64,000 bases of DNA, from contig NZ_OZ252047.1 of the NCBI RefSeq assembly GCF_965247905.1, positions 724,414 to 788,413 on the forward strand. Direction: 5' to 3'. Of this stretch, positions 11,237 to 20,909 are shown piece after piece; positions within the stretch are counted from its first letter, which is position 1, and each line of letters begins with the position of its first letter. The notes under the pieces are model-generated. The model saw only the letters and a list, made by a program, of their open reading frames with translations. It did no database searches and was not told the DNA's origin. Both the position numbers and the translations under genes were made by a program. Source of the DNA: Candidatus Spongiihabitans sp. Its GTDB lineage: Bacteria; Pseudomonadota; Gammaproteobacteria; Arenicellales; Poriferihabitantaceae.

Positions 11237-12430
11237 CTATCGTGCCGCGTCAGCGCGCGACGGCAGTCTGACTTCATTGCCGTAATCTGGTTCATTGGGC
11301 ACCATCAGGCACAGCGCTAAAGATGCCGCGGCGATGCCGGCGCCGGTTAAAAATACCGCGGCCGGGGAAGTCAGCCATAATATGCCGAGCGCGGCCGGTA
11401 ATATGACGGCGGCGATGTGATTGATGGTGAAGGACACTCCGGCAGTAGACGCGATATCCGCTTGATCGGCGATTTTTTGAAAATAAGTTTGAATCGCAAT
11501 CGCCAACGCAAAGAATAAATGATCAAGGATATAAAGCGCCGCCGCAACATTTTCGTTTTGCACAAACGCATAACCGACAAAAATTATTATTAAACCGGCA
11601 TACTCGAAGACGAGCGCCTTGCGCTCACCCCAATTGGCGATTAATTTTCCGATTAGCGGCGCCAGCCAAATGTTAATCGTGCAGTTGATTAAAAATAACA
11701 GGGTTAACGAAGCCGCGCTGTAGCCAAACTTTTCAACCATCATGAATCCGGCAAACACCACGAAAATCTGTCGCCGCGCGCCGGATAAAAAAACCAGGGC
11801 ATAATAAAGCCAGTAGCGCTTTCTCAGCACCAGTTTTTTGTGCTGAACGGCATTGCCGGAGTAGTGCGGATAACAACTCCAGGCGATGATGGTGACCGCC
11901 GCGGTCAGGCCTCCGGCGATGGCGAAAACCCAGTAATATTCGAGACCAAACGCCTTCAATCCTAAAAATATCAGCAGGTATGCAACCAGCGAAGTGAACG
12001 ACCCGACGGCGATCAATTTGCCCAATACATAGGGCGTGCGCGATTTTTCGATCCATTGCAGGGAAAGGGAATTCTGGATGGTTTGGTAGTAGTGAAAGCC
12101 CAGCGACATCAACCACGTGGTGCAGAACAGGCCGACCAGCGTAGGGAAATAGCCGGTAATTGCGGTGCCGACGCCCAACATTAATAACGAAACAATGGCG
12201 ATGCTTTGCTCGCGAAAATAGATCAGCAGGAAGATCACTAAAAACGCAAGAAACCCGGGAATCTCGCGGATACTTTGCAGCATGCCGAATTGCGCGCCGT
12301 CAAATGCCGCTTGTTCAATCGCGAAGTTATTGATTAACGCCGACCAACTGGCGAACGACAGCGGCACCGCCGCCGCCATCAGCATCAACAGCATTTCAGG
12401 ATTGCGCCATTTTGAGTGGTGTTTTTTCAT
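11237..12430 (-). CDS. MFS-like 12-TM transporter
   Basis: About 398 aa from the internal ATG (MKKHHSKWRNPEMLLMLMAAAV...). Hydrophobic throughout with a central basic loop HKKLVLRKRYW. Confidence 0.55.
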   Translation of the reverse strand: MKKHHSKWRNPEMLLMLMAAAVPLSFASWSALINNFAIEQAAFDGAQFGMLQSIREIPGFLAFLVIFLLIYFREQSIAIVSLLMLGVGTAITGYFPTLVGLFCTTWLMSLGFHYYQTIQNSLSLQWIEKSRTPYVLGKLIAVGSFTSLVAYLLIFLGLKAFGLEYYWVFAIAGGLTAAVTIIAWSCYPHYSGNAVQHKKLVLRKRYWLYYALVFLSGARRQIFVVFAGFMMVEKFGYSAASLTLLFLINCTINIWLAPLIGKLIANWGERKALVFEYAGLIIIFVGYAFVQNENVAAALYILDHLFFALAIAIQTYFQKIADQADIASTAGVSFTINHIAAVILPAALGILWLTSPAAVFLTGAGIAAASLALCLMVPNEPDYGNEVRLPSRADAAR

Positions 12431-12565
12431 GCTGGCAATTGGAATGATCGACCTGATTTTACCGCAAATGGTATCGCGTATTCTGATCTTGAGGGTGGTG
12501 GCGGAAGAATGGATGCGCGGGAGTTTAGTCAACCCGCCGGCCTATTGCTGGATTGTGCGCATCAT

Positions 12566-12661
12566 CGGCTTTGGCTTCCTCGGCTTTGGCTTCCTGCGTC
12601 GCTCTACCGCCACCATCCTTGGCGGCGTGCGTCGCTCTACCTCCGCCATCCGTGGCGTCGT
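12566..12661. repeat. Tandem duplications: 15 bp x2 (cggctttggcttcct), then 33 bp x2
   Basis: Read directly in the MFS/CBS intergenic region. Confidence 0.85.
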
Positions 12662-12689
12662 CCCTGATACGCACCCGCCCCCCCGGCCC

Positions 12690-12722
12690 GTCATTATCGG
12701 GCTTGACCCGATAATCCAGTGG
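12690..12722 (+). repeat. Hairpin repeat GTCATT-ATCGGG-CTTGA-CCCGAT-AATCCAGTG
   Basis: An identical copy is at 14617-14648. Confidence 0.9.
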
Positions 12723-12933
12723 AAAAACACAGCGGCAACGGCCGCTGACCTTAGCATAGAAACTTCATCGCGCCCCCGGGACAGTCGCGGAATAGTCCCA
12801 GGATAGTCCCAGGATAGTAATGCGTTTGCGCTCCCGGGTTCGTGGTTACGGTCACGGGTCAAACGGTTAGTGATAAACCAGGTTGAGTTTGCTATGATGC
12901 AGTCGAATGTGCCACAATCGCGGGGAAACGAGC

Positions 12934-13362
12934 ATGAGCAAAGTAGCGGATATTCTAACAGGCAGAAGCGGCGATATCTGGAGCGTGCAGTCTGACCAGT
13001 CGGTGCTTGCCGCCATCAAGTTGATGGCTGAGAAAGGGGTGGGCGCGTTGTTGGTCATCGACGACAATCGCCTGTCGGGAATACTCAGCGAGCGCGATTA
13101 TGCGCGCAAGGTGATTCTGGAAAACCGATCATCCAGCGATACCCGGGTCAAGGATATCATGACCCGCAACCCGGTCACCACTGCGCGCGAGAGCAGCGTG
13201 GCGGAATGTATGTCGATGATGACCGATAACGATTTCCGGCATTTGCCCGTGGTCGAGGGCGAGCGGGTGATCGGCATGATCTCCATCGGCGATCTGGTAA
13301 AAGCGGTCATCAAGGAACAACAATTCACCATCAGTCAACTGCAGCAATATATCGCCGGGTAA
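12934..13362 (+). CDS. CBS-domain pair protein
   Basis: MSKVADILTGRSGDIWSV...GALLVIDDNRLSGILSERDY...VKDIMTRNPVTT...FRHLPVVEGERVIGMISIGDL (two CBS motifs). Confidence 0.8.
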   Translation: MSKVADILTGRSGDIWSVQSDQSVLAAIKLMAEKGVGALLVIDDNRLSGILSERDYARKVILENRSSSDTRVKDIMTRNPVTTARESSVAECMSMMTDNDFRHLPVVEGERVIGMISIGDLVKAVIKEQQFTISQLQQYIAG

Positions 13363-13417
13363 ATATTGTCTGCAATATATCCAGATTATGGCGCCAAATC
13401 AGGGCGCCGGATTATTG

Positions 13418-14440
13418 TCATTGGCCCCCCAACAAAAACCCGTGGGCATAAGGGTCTCTGGTATCGACGATGATATTGTTATGGCCGGTTACCTGGGCCC
13501 AGCCGGTAATGGTCGGGATAATTGCCGGATAATCCCCGACTTGAGTTTGTTTAATGGCGCATCCTGTGAACAGACTGCCGATGATGCTTTCGTGGACAAA
13601 TTTTTGGCCAATGTCCAAGTCTCCGCGACTGACTAACTGAGCAATTCTTGCCGAAGTGCCAGTGCCGCAAGGAGAGCGATCTATTCCGCGCTCGCCATAA
13701 AACACCGCATTGCGCGCGCGCATGTTTTCATCCTTGGCGTTTTCATCCCTGGCCTTATCGGTCCACATTATGTGACTGACATTTTTTATGGTTTCATTTT
13801 CAGGATGGACAACCGTTATTATTTTGTTGATTTCGTTTCTGACCACCGAGCTGACCGCCCTGATTTGATCGACGCTGATATGCTCCAGGCCCTGGTAATT
13901 TTTCTGCGGTTCGATGATGGCGTAGAAATTGCCGCCGTAACTTATATCAATAATCAGTTCACCGATTTCAGGCACAGTCACTGTTACCTCAGTCGAGTGC
14001 AGAAATGAGGGAACATTGGTGAGCGTCACCGAATCCACATAACCGTCGGTGATTTCATATCGCGCCTCGATCAATCCTGCGGGGGTGTCCATTTTCAGCA
14101 AGCCGGGCGTGTTTGGGGTCACCAGATTTTGTTCGAGGGCTATGGTCGCGGTGCCGATGGCGCCGTGCCCGCACATCGGCAGGCAGCCACTGACCTCGAT
14201 AAATAACACGCCCAGATCGCTGTCCGGTGCTATGGGCGGATAAAGAATGGAGCCGGACATAGCGTCATGACCTCTCGGCTCGAACATCAGGCTGGTTCGT
14301 ATCCAATCGTACTCCCGAATAAAATGCTGACGCTTTTCGCTCATAGACTGGCCGGTCAAATCAGGGCCGTTGGCGGTAACCACCCGCACCGGGTTGCCGC
14401 AAGTATGGGCATCGACGCATTTGAATACGGTTCTGGTCAT
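13418..14440 (-). CDS. proline racemase family protein (probable 4-hydroxyproline 2-epimerase / proline racemase)
   Basis: FKCVDAHTCGNPVRVV..., with both catalytic Cys contexts present (SGCLPMCGHGAIG and DRSPCGTGTSARIAQL). Confidence 0.8.
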   Translation of the reverse strand: MTRTVFKCVDAHTCGNPVRVVTANGPDLTGQSMSEKRQHFIREYDWIRTSLMFEPRGHDAMSGSILYPPIAPDSDLGVLFIEVSGCLPMCGHGAIGTATIALEQNLVTPNTPGLLKMDTPAGLIEARYEITDGYVDSVTLTNVPSFLHSTEVTVTVPEIGELIIDISYGGNFYAIIEPQKNYQGLEHISVDQIRAVSSVVRNEINKIITVVHPENETIKNVSHIMWTDKARDENAKDENMRARNAVFYGERGIDRSPCGTGTSARIAQLVSRGDLDIGQKFVHESIIGSLFTGCAIKQTQVGDYPAIIPTITGWAQVTGHNNIIVDTRDPYAHGFLLGGQ

Positions 14441-14551
14441 GATTGAATCGATTTATGTGAACAGGGGTCAAGTCAACAGCAGCGGGTTGACGACTCACCG
14501 TACATCGACATTATATTGAATTCCCCGCGTTAAAGCGCGGCATCAATGTTG

Positions 14552-14648
14552 CACTGGATTCCAGCTTGCGCTGGAATGACAAAGCAGGGCGGGAATTGAC
14601 GACCTTTACTTAGATCGTCATTATCGGGCTTGACCCGATAATCCAGTG
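14552..14648. repeat. Two hairpin repeats of the GTCATT...AATCCAG family (14552-14580 minus orientation; 14617-14648 plus)
   Basis: Reverse complement of 14552-14580 is GTCATT-CCAGC-GCAA-GCTGG-AATCCAGTG. 14617-14648 is GTCATT-ATCGGG-CTTGA-CCCGAT-AATCCAGTG. Confidence 0.9.
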
Positions 14649-14752
14649 AAACACGCGCGGCGAAGCCGCATCCTCATCCCCCAAACTTGCAATTGATGGC
14701 GCCATAAACTTACAATTGTCGAATATAACAAAAACCAGTTGCCCACGCCATA

Positions 14753-15622
14753 TTGAGCCGCGTTTGCGGGAATGGCGGATTCCCGGACTTTATTTCACCT
14801 CAGGCAAAATCACCATTGATAACAATAACCGAGCAGCATATTTCCGATTTCAAGCGCGATGGCGCGATCTGCATTCGTGGATTGTTCGAACCGCACTGGC
14901 TGGATTCTCTGGCCGATGGCGTAGTCAGGAATTTTGAAAATCCTGGACCCTATTCAACGGTTTATACCAAACCGGGAGAGCCGGGTGGTTTTTATGACGA
15001 CTATTGCAATTGGCAGCAGATCGATCAATACAGGCAGTTTTTGCAGCAATCTCCGGCCGCGGAAATCGCCGGCAAATTGATGGGCTCGAAAACAGCGCGT
15101 ATTTACCATGAGCATGTCCTGATCAAAGAGCCGGGGACCAGGCAAGCAACGCCCTGGCACCACGACCTGCCTTATTATGGCGTTGACGGCGACCAAGCCA
15201 TTTCCCTGTGGCTGCCTTTGGACCCAGTGCCGCAGGATGCCTGCCCGGAATTTATAGTGGGCAGTCATCATTGTGCAAAGATGTATTACCCGAAACTATT
15301 TCTGACCCGTAAAAACTACGGCGATGACATTGCAGGATTTGAAACGATACCCGATATTGATGCCAACCGGGAGGCATATAAAATTTTGTCCTGGAAATTG
15401 AATCCGGGTGACTGCATCGCCTTTCATATGCGCACTATTCATGGTGCGCCACCCACAACCCATATAAAAACCCGCAGACGCGGGTTTTCCACCCGATGGA
15501 TAGGCGATGATGCCCGTTTCGCTGTGCGTCCGTGGGCGACTTCGCCGCCTTTTCCAGAAGTGAAATTGGCGCACGGCGATCGTATGGAACATCCGAGTTT
15601 TCCGGTGCTTTGGTCGGCATGA
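14753..15622 (+). CDS. phytanoyl-CoA dioxygenase (PhyH) family Fe(II)/2-oxoglutarate oxygenase
   Basis: ITEQHISDFKRDGAICIRGLF...WHHDLPYY...AISLWLPLDPV...HGAP. The start is uncertain (TTG at 14753 or 14816; no early ATG). Confidence 0.7.
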   Translation: MSRVCGNGGFPDFISPQAKSPLITITEQHISDFKRDGAICIRGLFEPHWLDSLADGVVRNFENPGPYSTVYTKPGEPGGFYDDYCNWQQIDQYRQFLQQSPAAEIAGKLMGSKTARIYHEHVLIKEPGTRQATPWHHDLPYYGVDGDQAISLWLPLDPVPQDACPEFIVGSHHCAKMYYPKLFLTRKNYGDDIAGFETIPDIDANREAYKILSWKLNPGDCIAFHMRTIHGAPPTTHIKTRRRGFSTRWIGDDARFAVRPWATSPPFPEVKLAHGDRMEHPSFPVLWSA

Positions 15623-16017
15623 GCTCCACTAAACAAATAGTCGATAATTACTATGCCTGCCTAAAACAGCGGGATCGTGAAAATCTTCTTGGATTATTGT
15701 CGCCCGATATTGTGGTCACCTATCACGCCCAAGCCGGTCAATTCCCCTGGGCCGGAAAATTTTATGGCATAGCAGGATTCGACCAATTCTTTTCCATCAT
15801 CAAAGACCATCTTGACATCCTCGAGGTCACGATTATCGACAGCATCGTCGCCGACAATAAAATGGTCAATCAATGCCAAGGCCGCTGGCAATACAAAGCC
15901 ACCGGGCATATCGTCGAAGGCGGCATGGTCAACGTATTCACCGTGGAAGGAGACAAGATCACAGGCTACGATGTCTATGCCGACACCGCCGCATTTGCGG
16001 CCGGATTGCCCACATAA
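15619..16017 (+). CDS. SnoaL/NTF2-like small protein
   Basis: MSSTKQIVDNYYACLKQRDRENLLGLLSPDIVV...; 132 aa. Its ATG overlaps the PhyH stop (ATGA at 15619-15622). Confidence 0.6.
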   Translation: MSSTKQIVDNYYACLKQRDRENLLGLLSPDIVVTYHAQAGQFPWAGKFYGIAGFDQFFSIIKDHLDILEVTIIDSIVADNKMVNQCQGRWQYKATGHIVEGGMVNVFTVEGDKITGYDVYADTAAFAAGLPT

Positions 16018-16040
16018 TCGGCCACTGCTGGCGTAGAATA

Positions 16041-18950
16041 ATGAGTATGTTAAACGAGTTGATACAACGAAGAAAAGACGAATGGTTATTGAAGCCGACC
16101 GCTGTACACGGGCTTTTGTCGCATATAAAAAGCCAATCTTGCCTACGCGACACGCAAATAGAAGCGATTGAAACTTATCTGTATTTGAAAATCGCCGGCG
16201 ACAACAAACCGCTGTGGCAATTATTTAGCGAAGGCTTTTTTACCGACGACATCGATCTCAATCAATTAAACATCAACAAAACCCCAAGGGAATTTCTTGA
16301 AAGCCGCCCTGCGGCGAAAGCGTTGTATGAATTTGCCATTCGCAAAGATACGGATGGAAAAGAATCCTTGCCGGAAATTGCCCAGCAAATTTTGGAAAAT
16401 CCGCGCGATTTGGATTATGAGAAAATCATCCAAGCCATTTTCTACGGTGTAAATTATCCCGATTATTTGATGAGTCTGCCGATGGGCGCGGGCAAAACAT
16501 TTTTAATGGCGGCAATCATTTATTTGGATTTGTATTTCGCCAATCAAGATTCCAACGACCGTAATTTCGCGCACAATTTTTTGGTGTTGATTCCGTCCGG
16601 ATTGAAATCGTCCATCGCGCCGAGTTTGAGAACCATCGAGAATTTCGACCCGTCCTGGGTTGTTCCTGAACCAACTGCGAGCAGCCTTAAACGGCAATTG
16701 TCGTTTCATATTTTGGATCAACAGAAAACATCAAAGAGCAGCAACAAGGTCAGAAACCCGAACGCGCAAAAAGTCAGCAGATGCTTTCCCAATCCTTTCG
16801 CAACGGTGTTTGTCGTGAACGCCGAGAAAGTCATTCTCGACCGAATAGATGTAGTGGAAAAAAGCGGACAACAACAAGTGATTGAAAAAACCGCCGATGA
16901 ACGCGACCGCCAAGCCAACGAATTACGCAACCTGATTGGCAAAATCCCCAATCTCTCGATCTTGATTGACGAAGTGCATCACGCCGCCAGCGACGATATA
17001 AAACTGCGCCAAGTAGTGAACCAGTGGCAACGCGGCGGCAACATCGCCAGCGTACTCGGCTTTTCCGGCACGCCGTATTTAGCCTCGTCCGATTCGCTGA
17101 ATATCGGCGGCAATACCACACTCAAATTTCCCCAGATCACCAACACCGTTTATTACTATCCGCTACTCAAGGCGATTAACCTGTTTCTGAAAAAACCGCA
17201 AGTAAAAATCGCCTTGGGCAATGCAGATCGTTTGCAAATCATCACGCAAGGCATAAACGATTTCCGCGAACAATACGCCGACAAAATTTACGCCGATGGC
17301 GCCATTGCCAAAATCGCGATTTTTTGCAGCAACATCGAAACTTTGGAGCAACAAGTTTATCCGCATCTACTCGGCGAGTTGGGCATTGCCGCGCATGAAA
17401 TACTGAAATTTCACAAAGGCAACGCAAAATATCCTCAACCGCAAGGTGCCGAACTTGCGTTTCGCTCGTTGGACTTGAGCGCCTCCAGCAAACGCTACAT
17501 TTTGCTGGTGCAAATCGGCAAGGAAGGTTGGGATTGCCGCAGTCTGACCGGCGTGATTCTGTCGCAACAGGGCGATTGTCCGCAAAACATGGTGTTGCAA
17601 ACCAGTTGTCGCTGCTTGCGTCAAGTCGACGCCAAGCCGGCGGAAAAAGAAACCGCGTTAATCTGGCTGAACGACGGCAATGCGAAAACATTAAACCAGC
17701 AACTCAAAAAACAACAGCACACATCCATTGATGAAATCAATCGCCCGATTACGGACGCGACGCAAACCGGGTTGCAACAGCACTCCAGAATGCAGCATCT
17801 GCAAATTCCCGAACTGGAATTCTGCCAACTCCGAGTCAATTATCAATCGCTAACGGTTGAAGCCGAAGCGCAAACCCGCGTTAAACTGCAAAACCTTTGC
17901 CGTGAAATAGAAGAGCATTCCTCGCCGTCGCTCATCATCACCACCAACTTCGAAGACATGGAAAACTTTTCTACTCAAATCAGCGAAGCGAGCGGCGATG
18001 AAGCGCCGTATTGCAAACGTTGGTTATATGCGATTGCAAAAAGCGGCTGTCATACGCCAAGTTATGCGGAGTTGCTGGAATTCTTCGACCAACTGCAAAA
18101 AATCTACGCCAGGATAACCATCGCCAGAACGGATGCGACTTATTGGAACAATTTTTACAACCGCGACACCATTGAATGTTGCATCCGGTTGGCGTTTCAT
18201 GCCGAACGCAGATTGCAAACCGAACAGGAAATTATTCCAGAATCGGCACAATTGCTGCGCGTGGAAGGCTTGCGGCAAGTGGACGCGCACGACAAGTTGT
18301 ATCCGACGCCAGAAGACAGCGAGAAGATTCGACGTTACGACCATCAACCGCCGACGCTGAAAACGCCACAAGACAAAATGCAAATTCAAACAATGATTCA
18401 ACAACTTGACGAGAAAAACATGGATACAACGGACCTAAAACGACAACTTGACGAAGATGGCAACCAAGATTCCACTGAGGTGCAACGCCGTGCGCAAAGT
18501 TTTCACTACTTGCCATATGATTTCATTCAAAGCGGATTTGAATTGGAGATATTGAAACAAATCCTGTCATTCGAATTGTTCAAAGAATTGCGCTTGGAGA
18601 TTTATTATAACGGCCAGCGCAGCACAACCGGTTTTGTAATCCATTGCTTTGAGAAAAAGCACTCACATTGGCGCAACATTGGCAGATACACCACCGATTT
18701 TTTAATCATTCAACGCGATGAGAACAAGGATAAAATCCACAAAGTCTTGATGTTGGAAACCAAGGGCATGGGCTATGCAAACGACCCTGTTTTTCAAAGA
18801 AAAAAGTCATTTGTTGAAACCGAGTTTTTGCAGAAAAACCGCGCCCACTTCGGTTATGAAAAATTTGATTTCTTGTATCTGCAAGATGATGACAGTATGC
18901 AATTAAACCTCAACAAATTCAGCGAAAAAGTCAACAACTTTTTCCATTAA
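16041..18950 (+). CDS. Type III restriction Res-like protein: SF2 helicase with C-terminal PD-(D/E)xK nuclease
   Basis: Motif I LPMGAGKTFLMAAI, motif II LIDEVHHAAS, helicase-C region LLVQIGKEGWDCRSLTGVIL...QTSCRCLRQ. C-terminal nuclease signature YTTDFLIIQRD...VLMLETKG. 969 aa from ATG 16041; the track's upstream extension overlaps the SnoaL gene. Confidence 0.75.
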   Translation: MSMLNELIQRRKDEWLLKPTAVHGLLSHIKSQSCLRDTQIEAIETYLYLKIAGDNKPLWQLFSEGFFTDDIDLNQLNINKTPREFLESRPAAKALYEFAIRKDTDGKESLPEIAQQILENPRDLDYEKIIQAIFYGVNYPDYLMSLPMGAGKTFLMAAIIYLDLYFANQDSNDRNFAHNFLVLIPSGLKSSIAPSLRTIENFDPSWVVPEPTASSLKRQLSFHILDQQKTSKSSNKVRNPNAQKVSRCFPNPFATVFVVNAEKVILDRIDVVEKSGQQQVIEKTADERDRQANELRNLIGKIPNLSILIDEVHHAASDDIKLRQVVNQWQRGGNIASVLGFSGTPYLASSDSLNIGGNTTLKFPQITNTVYYYPLLKAINLFLKKPQVKIALGNADRLQIITQGINDFREQYADKIYADGAIAKIAIFCSNIETLEQQVYPHLLGELGIAAHEILKFHKGNAKYPQPQGAELAFRSLDLSASSKRYILLVQIGKEGWDCRSLTGVILSQQGDCPQNMVLQTSCRCLRQVDAKPAEKETALIWLNDGNAKTLNQQLKKQQHTSIDEINRPITDATQTGLQQHSRMQHLQIPELEFCQLRVNYQSLTVEAEAQTRVKLQNLCREIEEHSSPSLIITTNFEDMENFSTQISEASGDEAPYCKRWLYAIAKSGCHTPSYAELLEFFDQLQKIYARITIARTDATYWNNFYNRDTIECCIRLAFHAERRLQTEQEIIPESAQLLRVEGLRQVDAHDKLYPTPEDSEKIRRYDHQPPTLKTPQDKMQIQTMIQQLDEKNMDTTDLKRQLDEDGNQDSTEVQRRAQSFHYLPYDFIQSGFELEILKQILSFELFKELRLEIYYNGQRSTTGFVIHCFEKKHSHWRNIGRYTTDFLIIQRDENKDKIHKVLMLETKGMGYANDPVFQRKKSFVETEFLQKNRAHFGYEKFDFLYLQDDDSMQLNLNKFSEKVNNFFH

Positions 18951-18972
18951 ACAATAACTTTGGATACGCGCC

Positions 18973-20901
18973 ATGCCGATTAAATACATTCCCTACGCGC
19001 CTGAGCCGATTCAAGGGCAGGCGGTATTGAACAATATCGCGCGTGCGCAACGCGTGTTGAGTTATCGCGACAACGACAAGGTGTTCGAAAAAATACAACG
19101 CGGCTTGCCGTCTTATGAGATTGAGGAGGTTGAACAAGTCGGCAAGAAAAACAAGGATTGGAACAACCTGATGTTGCGCGGCGAATGTTTGGCGGCTTGC
19201 GCCTATCTGAAGGAGCGCGGCATAAAAGTGGATTTAGTCTATATCGACCCGCCGTTTGCCAGCGGCGCCAACTACGCCAAACAAGTTTTTATTCGCCGCA
19301 ATCCGAAACTTGCGGCGGAAATCGAACATGCCGAACAAAAAATGGAACTTGCGGAATTGCAATCGTTTGAAGAAACCATGTATGGCGATATATGGCGGAA
19401 AGAGGATTATTTGAATTGGATGTATGAAAACTTGACGGCGATTCAAAGCGTGATGTCGGACAGCGCCAGCATCTATGTTCATCTCGATCATCATATCGGG
19501 CATTATGTGAAAATTTTGTTGGATGAGATTTTTGGCGAGGAAAATTTCAGGAATGAAATATCTTATGGTTACAGAATTCAAGGAATAAACCAAAAATGTT
19601 GGCCGAGAAAACACGATCTTATATTCTATTACACAAAAAATAATGACTACATATTTAATCCTGAAAAAGAAAAGAATATTTATGAAAAGCCATTCATCGA
19701 TACCAAAAAAGAAGAAGCAAACTTGCGACTGTTAAAGGAGAAAGAAAAACATGAAATAATTAAATGTCTAAATGCAAATAAGCCAATCCCCGATAAGTAT
19801 AAAAATAAAATCTTCAACAAGTATTATTCTGAAGTATTTGTCAGGGATATTTGGGATTGTGACTACACGAAACCTATCATAAGCGGTTCAAGTGAATATA
19901 CTTATTACGCAACACAAAAATCAGAAGGTTTGTTAACACGCATTATCAAAGCCAGCAGTGACGAAGACATGATTGTCGCCGACTTCTTCGGCGGCAGCGG
20001 CGTCGCCGCCAAAGTCGCGCACGATTTGAATCGCAAATTTATCCATTGCGATGTCGGCGTGAATAGTCTGCAAATCAGCCGCGACCGCTTGCAACAAGCC
20101 GACGCGGCTTTTCAAATTCTGGAAGTCAGGGACGGTGTGCATTTATTTCGCAACCCGCAACAAACTATGGACAAACTCGCCAAACTGATTCCCGGTTTAG
20201 TGCAAGGCATCGAAGGCGTTGGTGATTTTTGGTTTGGCGCAATCCAGGATAAAAAACTCGGTGTCATTCCCGTCTATGCGCCGAATTTAATCGACAGCGG
20301 CGAAAAGGTGTTGGACCAAACGATTGTCAACCAAATCATCAACGAGCAACTACAAATACTGGAACAGAAATGGGAAGAATTTCCGGCTAAAGCCATCGTC
20401 TATTATGTCGATATCGACGACGAGGAAGAATTAAAAAAATTCATTAGAGACATCAATCCGACCACGACCGAAATCGAACTGCGCGACCTGAAGTTATTGC
20501 TGCACGATTTGATTGACAACGATAATTTTGAATACGCAATCAGCAACAACGATCTGAACGGCTACTGCGTCAAAATCACGCAGTTTCACAGCGACCGCCT
20601 GCAACAAAAAATCAACGAATACAATGCGAAAAGAGCATTGAAAAATAATCCGATAACACAAATCAAAATCAGCGAAAATGGTTTGGAGCTGATTGAATGG
20701 CTGTCGCTGGATTGCAAAAACGCCAGCGGTGCATGGCGCAGTAGCAATGAAATCAAAATCGATAAAAAAGGCCGCATAATCATCGACGGCAACCAAACCA
20801 AGGAATTTTGGAACGGCAAAATCAACTCGCCCGAAAAACCGCTAAGAATAAAAATCCGCAATATTGCCGGCGATGAAACCATCAAACAACTGGCAGAATA
20901 A
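18973..20901 (+). CDS. beta-class (N6-adenine/N4-cytosine) DNA methyltransferase, Type III Mod-like
   Basis: Motif IV VDLVYIDPPFASGANY comes before motif I MIVADFFGGSGVAAKVA. A non-conserved AT-rich insert lies between them and there is a long C-terminal region. 642 aa, 22 nt after res. Confidence 0.8.
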   Translation: MPIKYIPYAPEPIQGQAVLNNIARAQRVLSYRDNDKVFEKIQRGLPSYEIEEVEQVGKKNKDWNNLMLRGECLAACAYLKERGIKVDLVYIDPPFASGANYAKQVFIRRNPKLAAEIEHAEQKMELAELQSFEETMYGDIWRKEDYLNWMYENLTAIQSVMSDSASIYVHLDHHIGHYVKILLDEIFGEENFRNEISYGYRIQGINQKCWPRKHDLIFYYTKNNDYIFNPEKEKNIYEKPFIDTKKEEANLRLLKEKEKHEIIKCLNANKPIPDKYKNKIFNKYYSEVFVRDIWDCDYTKPIISGSSEYTYYATQKSEGLLTRIIKASSDEDMIVADFFGGSGVAAKVAHDLNRKFIHCDVGVNSLQISRDRLQQADAAFQILEVRDGVHLFRNPQQTMDKLAKLIPGLVQGIEGVGDFWFGAIQDKKLGVIPVYAPNLIDSGEKVLDQTIVNQIINEQLQILEQKWEEFPAKAIVYYVDIDDEEELKKFIRDINPTTTEIELRDLKLLLHDLIDNDNFEYAISNNDLNGYCVKITQFHSDRLQQKINEYNAKRALKNNPITQIKISENGLELIEWLSLDCKNASGAWRSSNEIKIDKKGRIIIDGNQTKEFWNGKINSPEKPLRIKIRNIAGDETIKQLAE

Positions 20902-20909
20902 ATTGAAAG

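Noticed and set aside
13390-13408. Palindrome GGCGCC-AAATCAG-GGCGCC as a bidirectional terminator between the CBS and proline-racemase-family genes
   Set aside because: The stem is only 6 bp, there is no clear U-tract on either strand, and it lies immediately adjacent to the racemase-family stop. Too weak to annotate.
15873-16040. Upstream 56-codon extension of the res-like ORF
   Set aside because: It overlaps the SnoaL gene in another frame and is Arg/His-rich nonsense. ATG 16041 (MSMLNELIQ...) follows the SnoaL stop.
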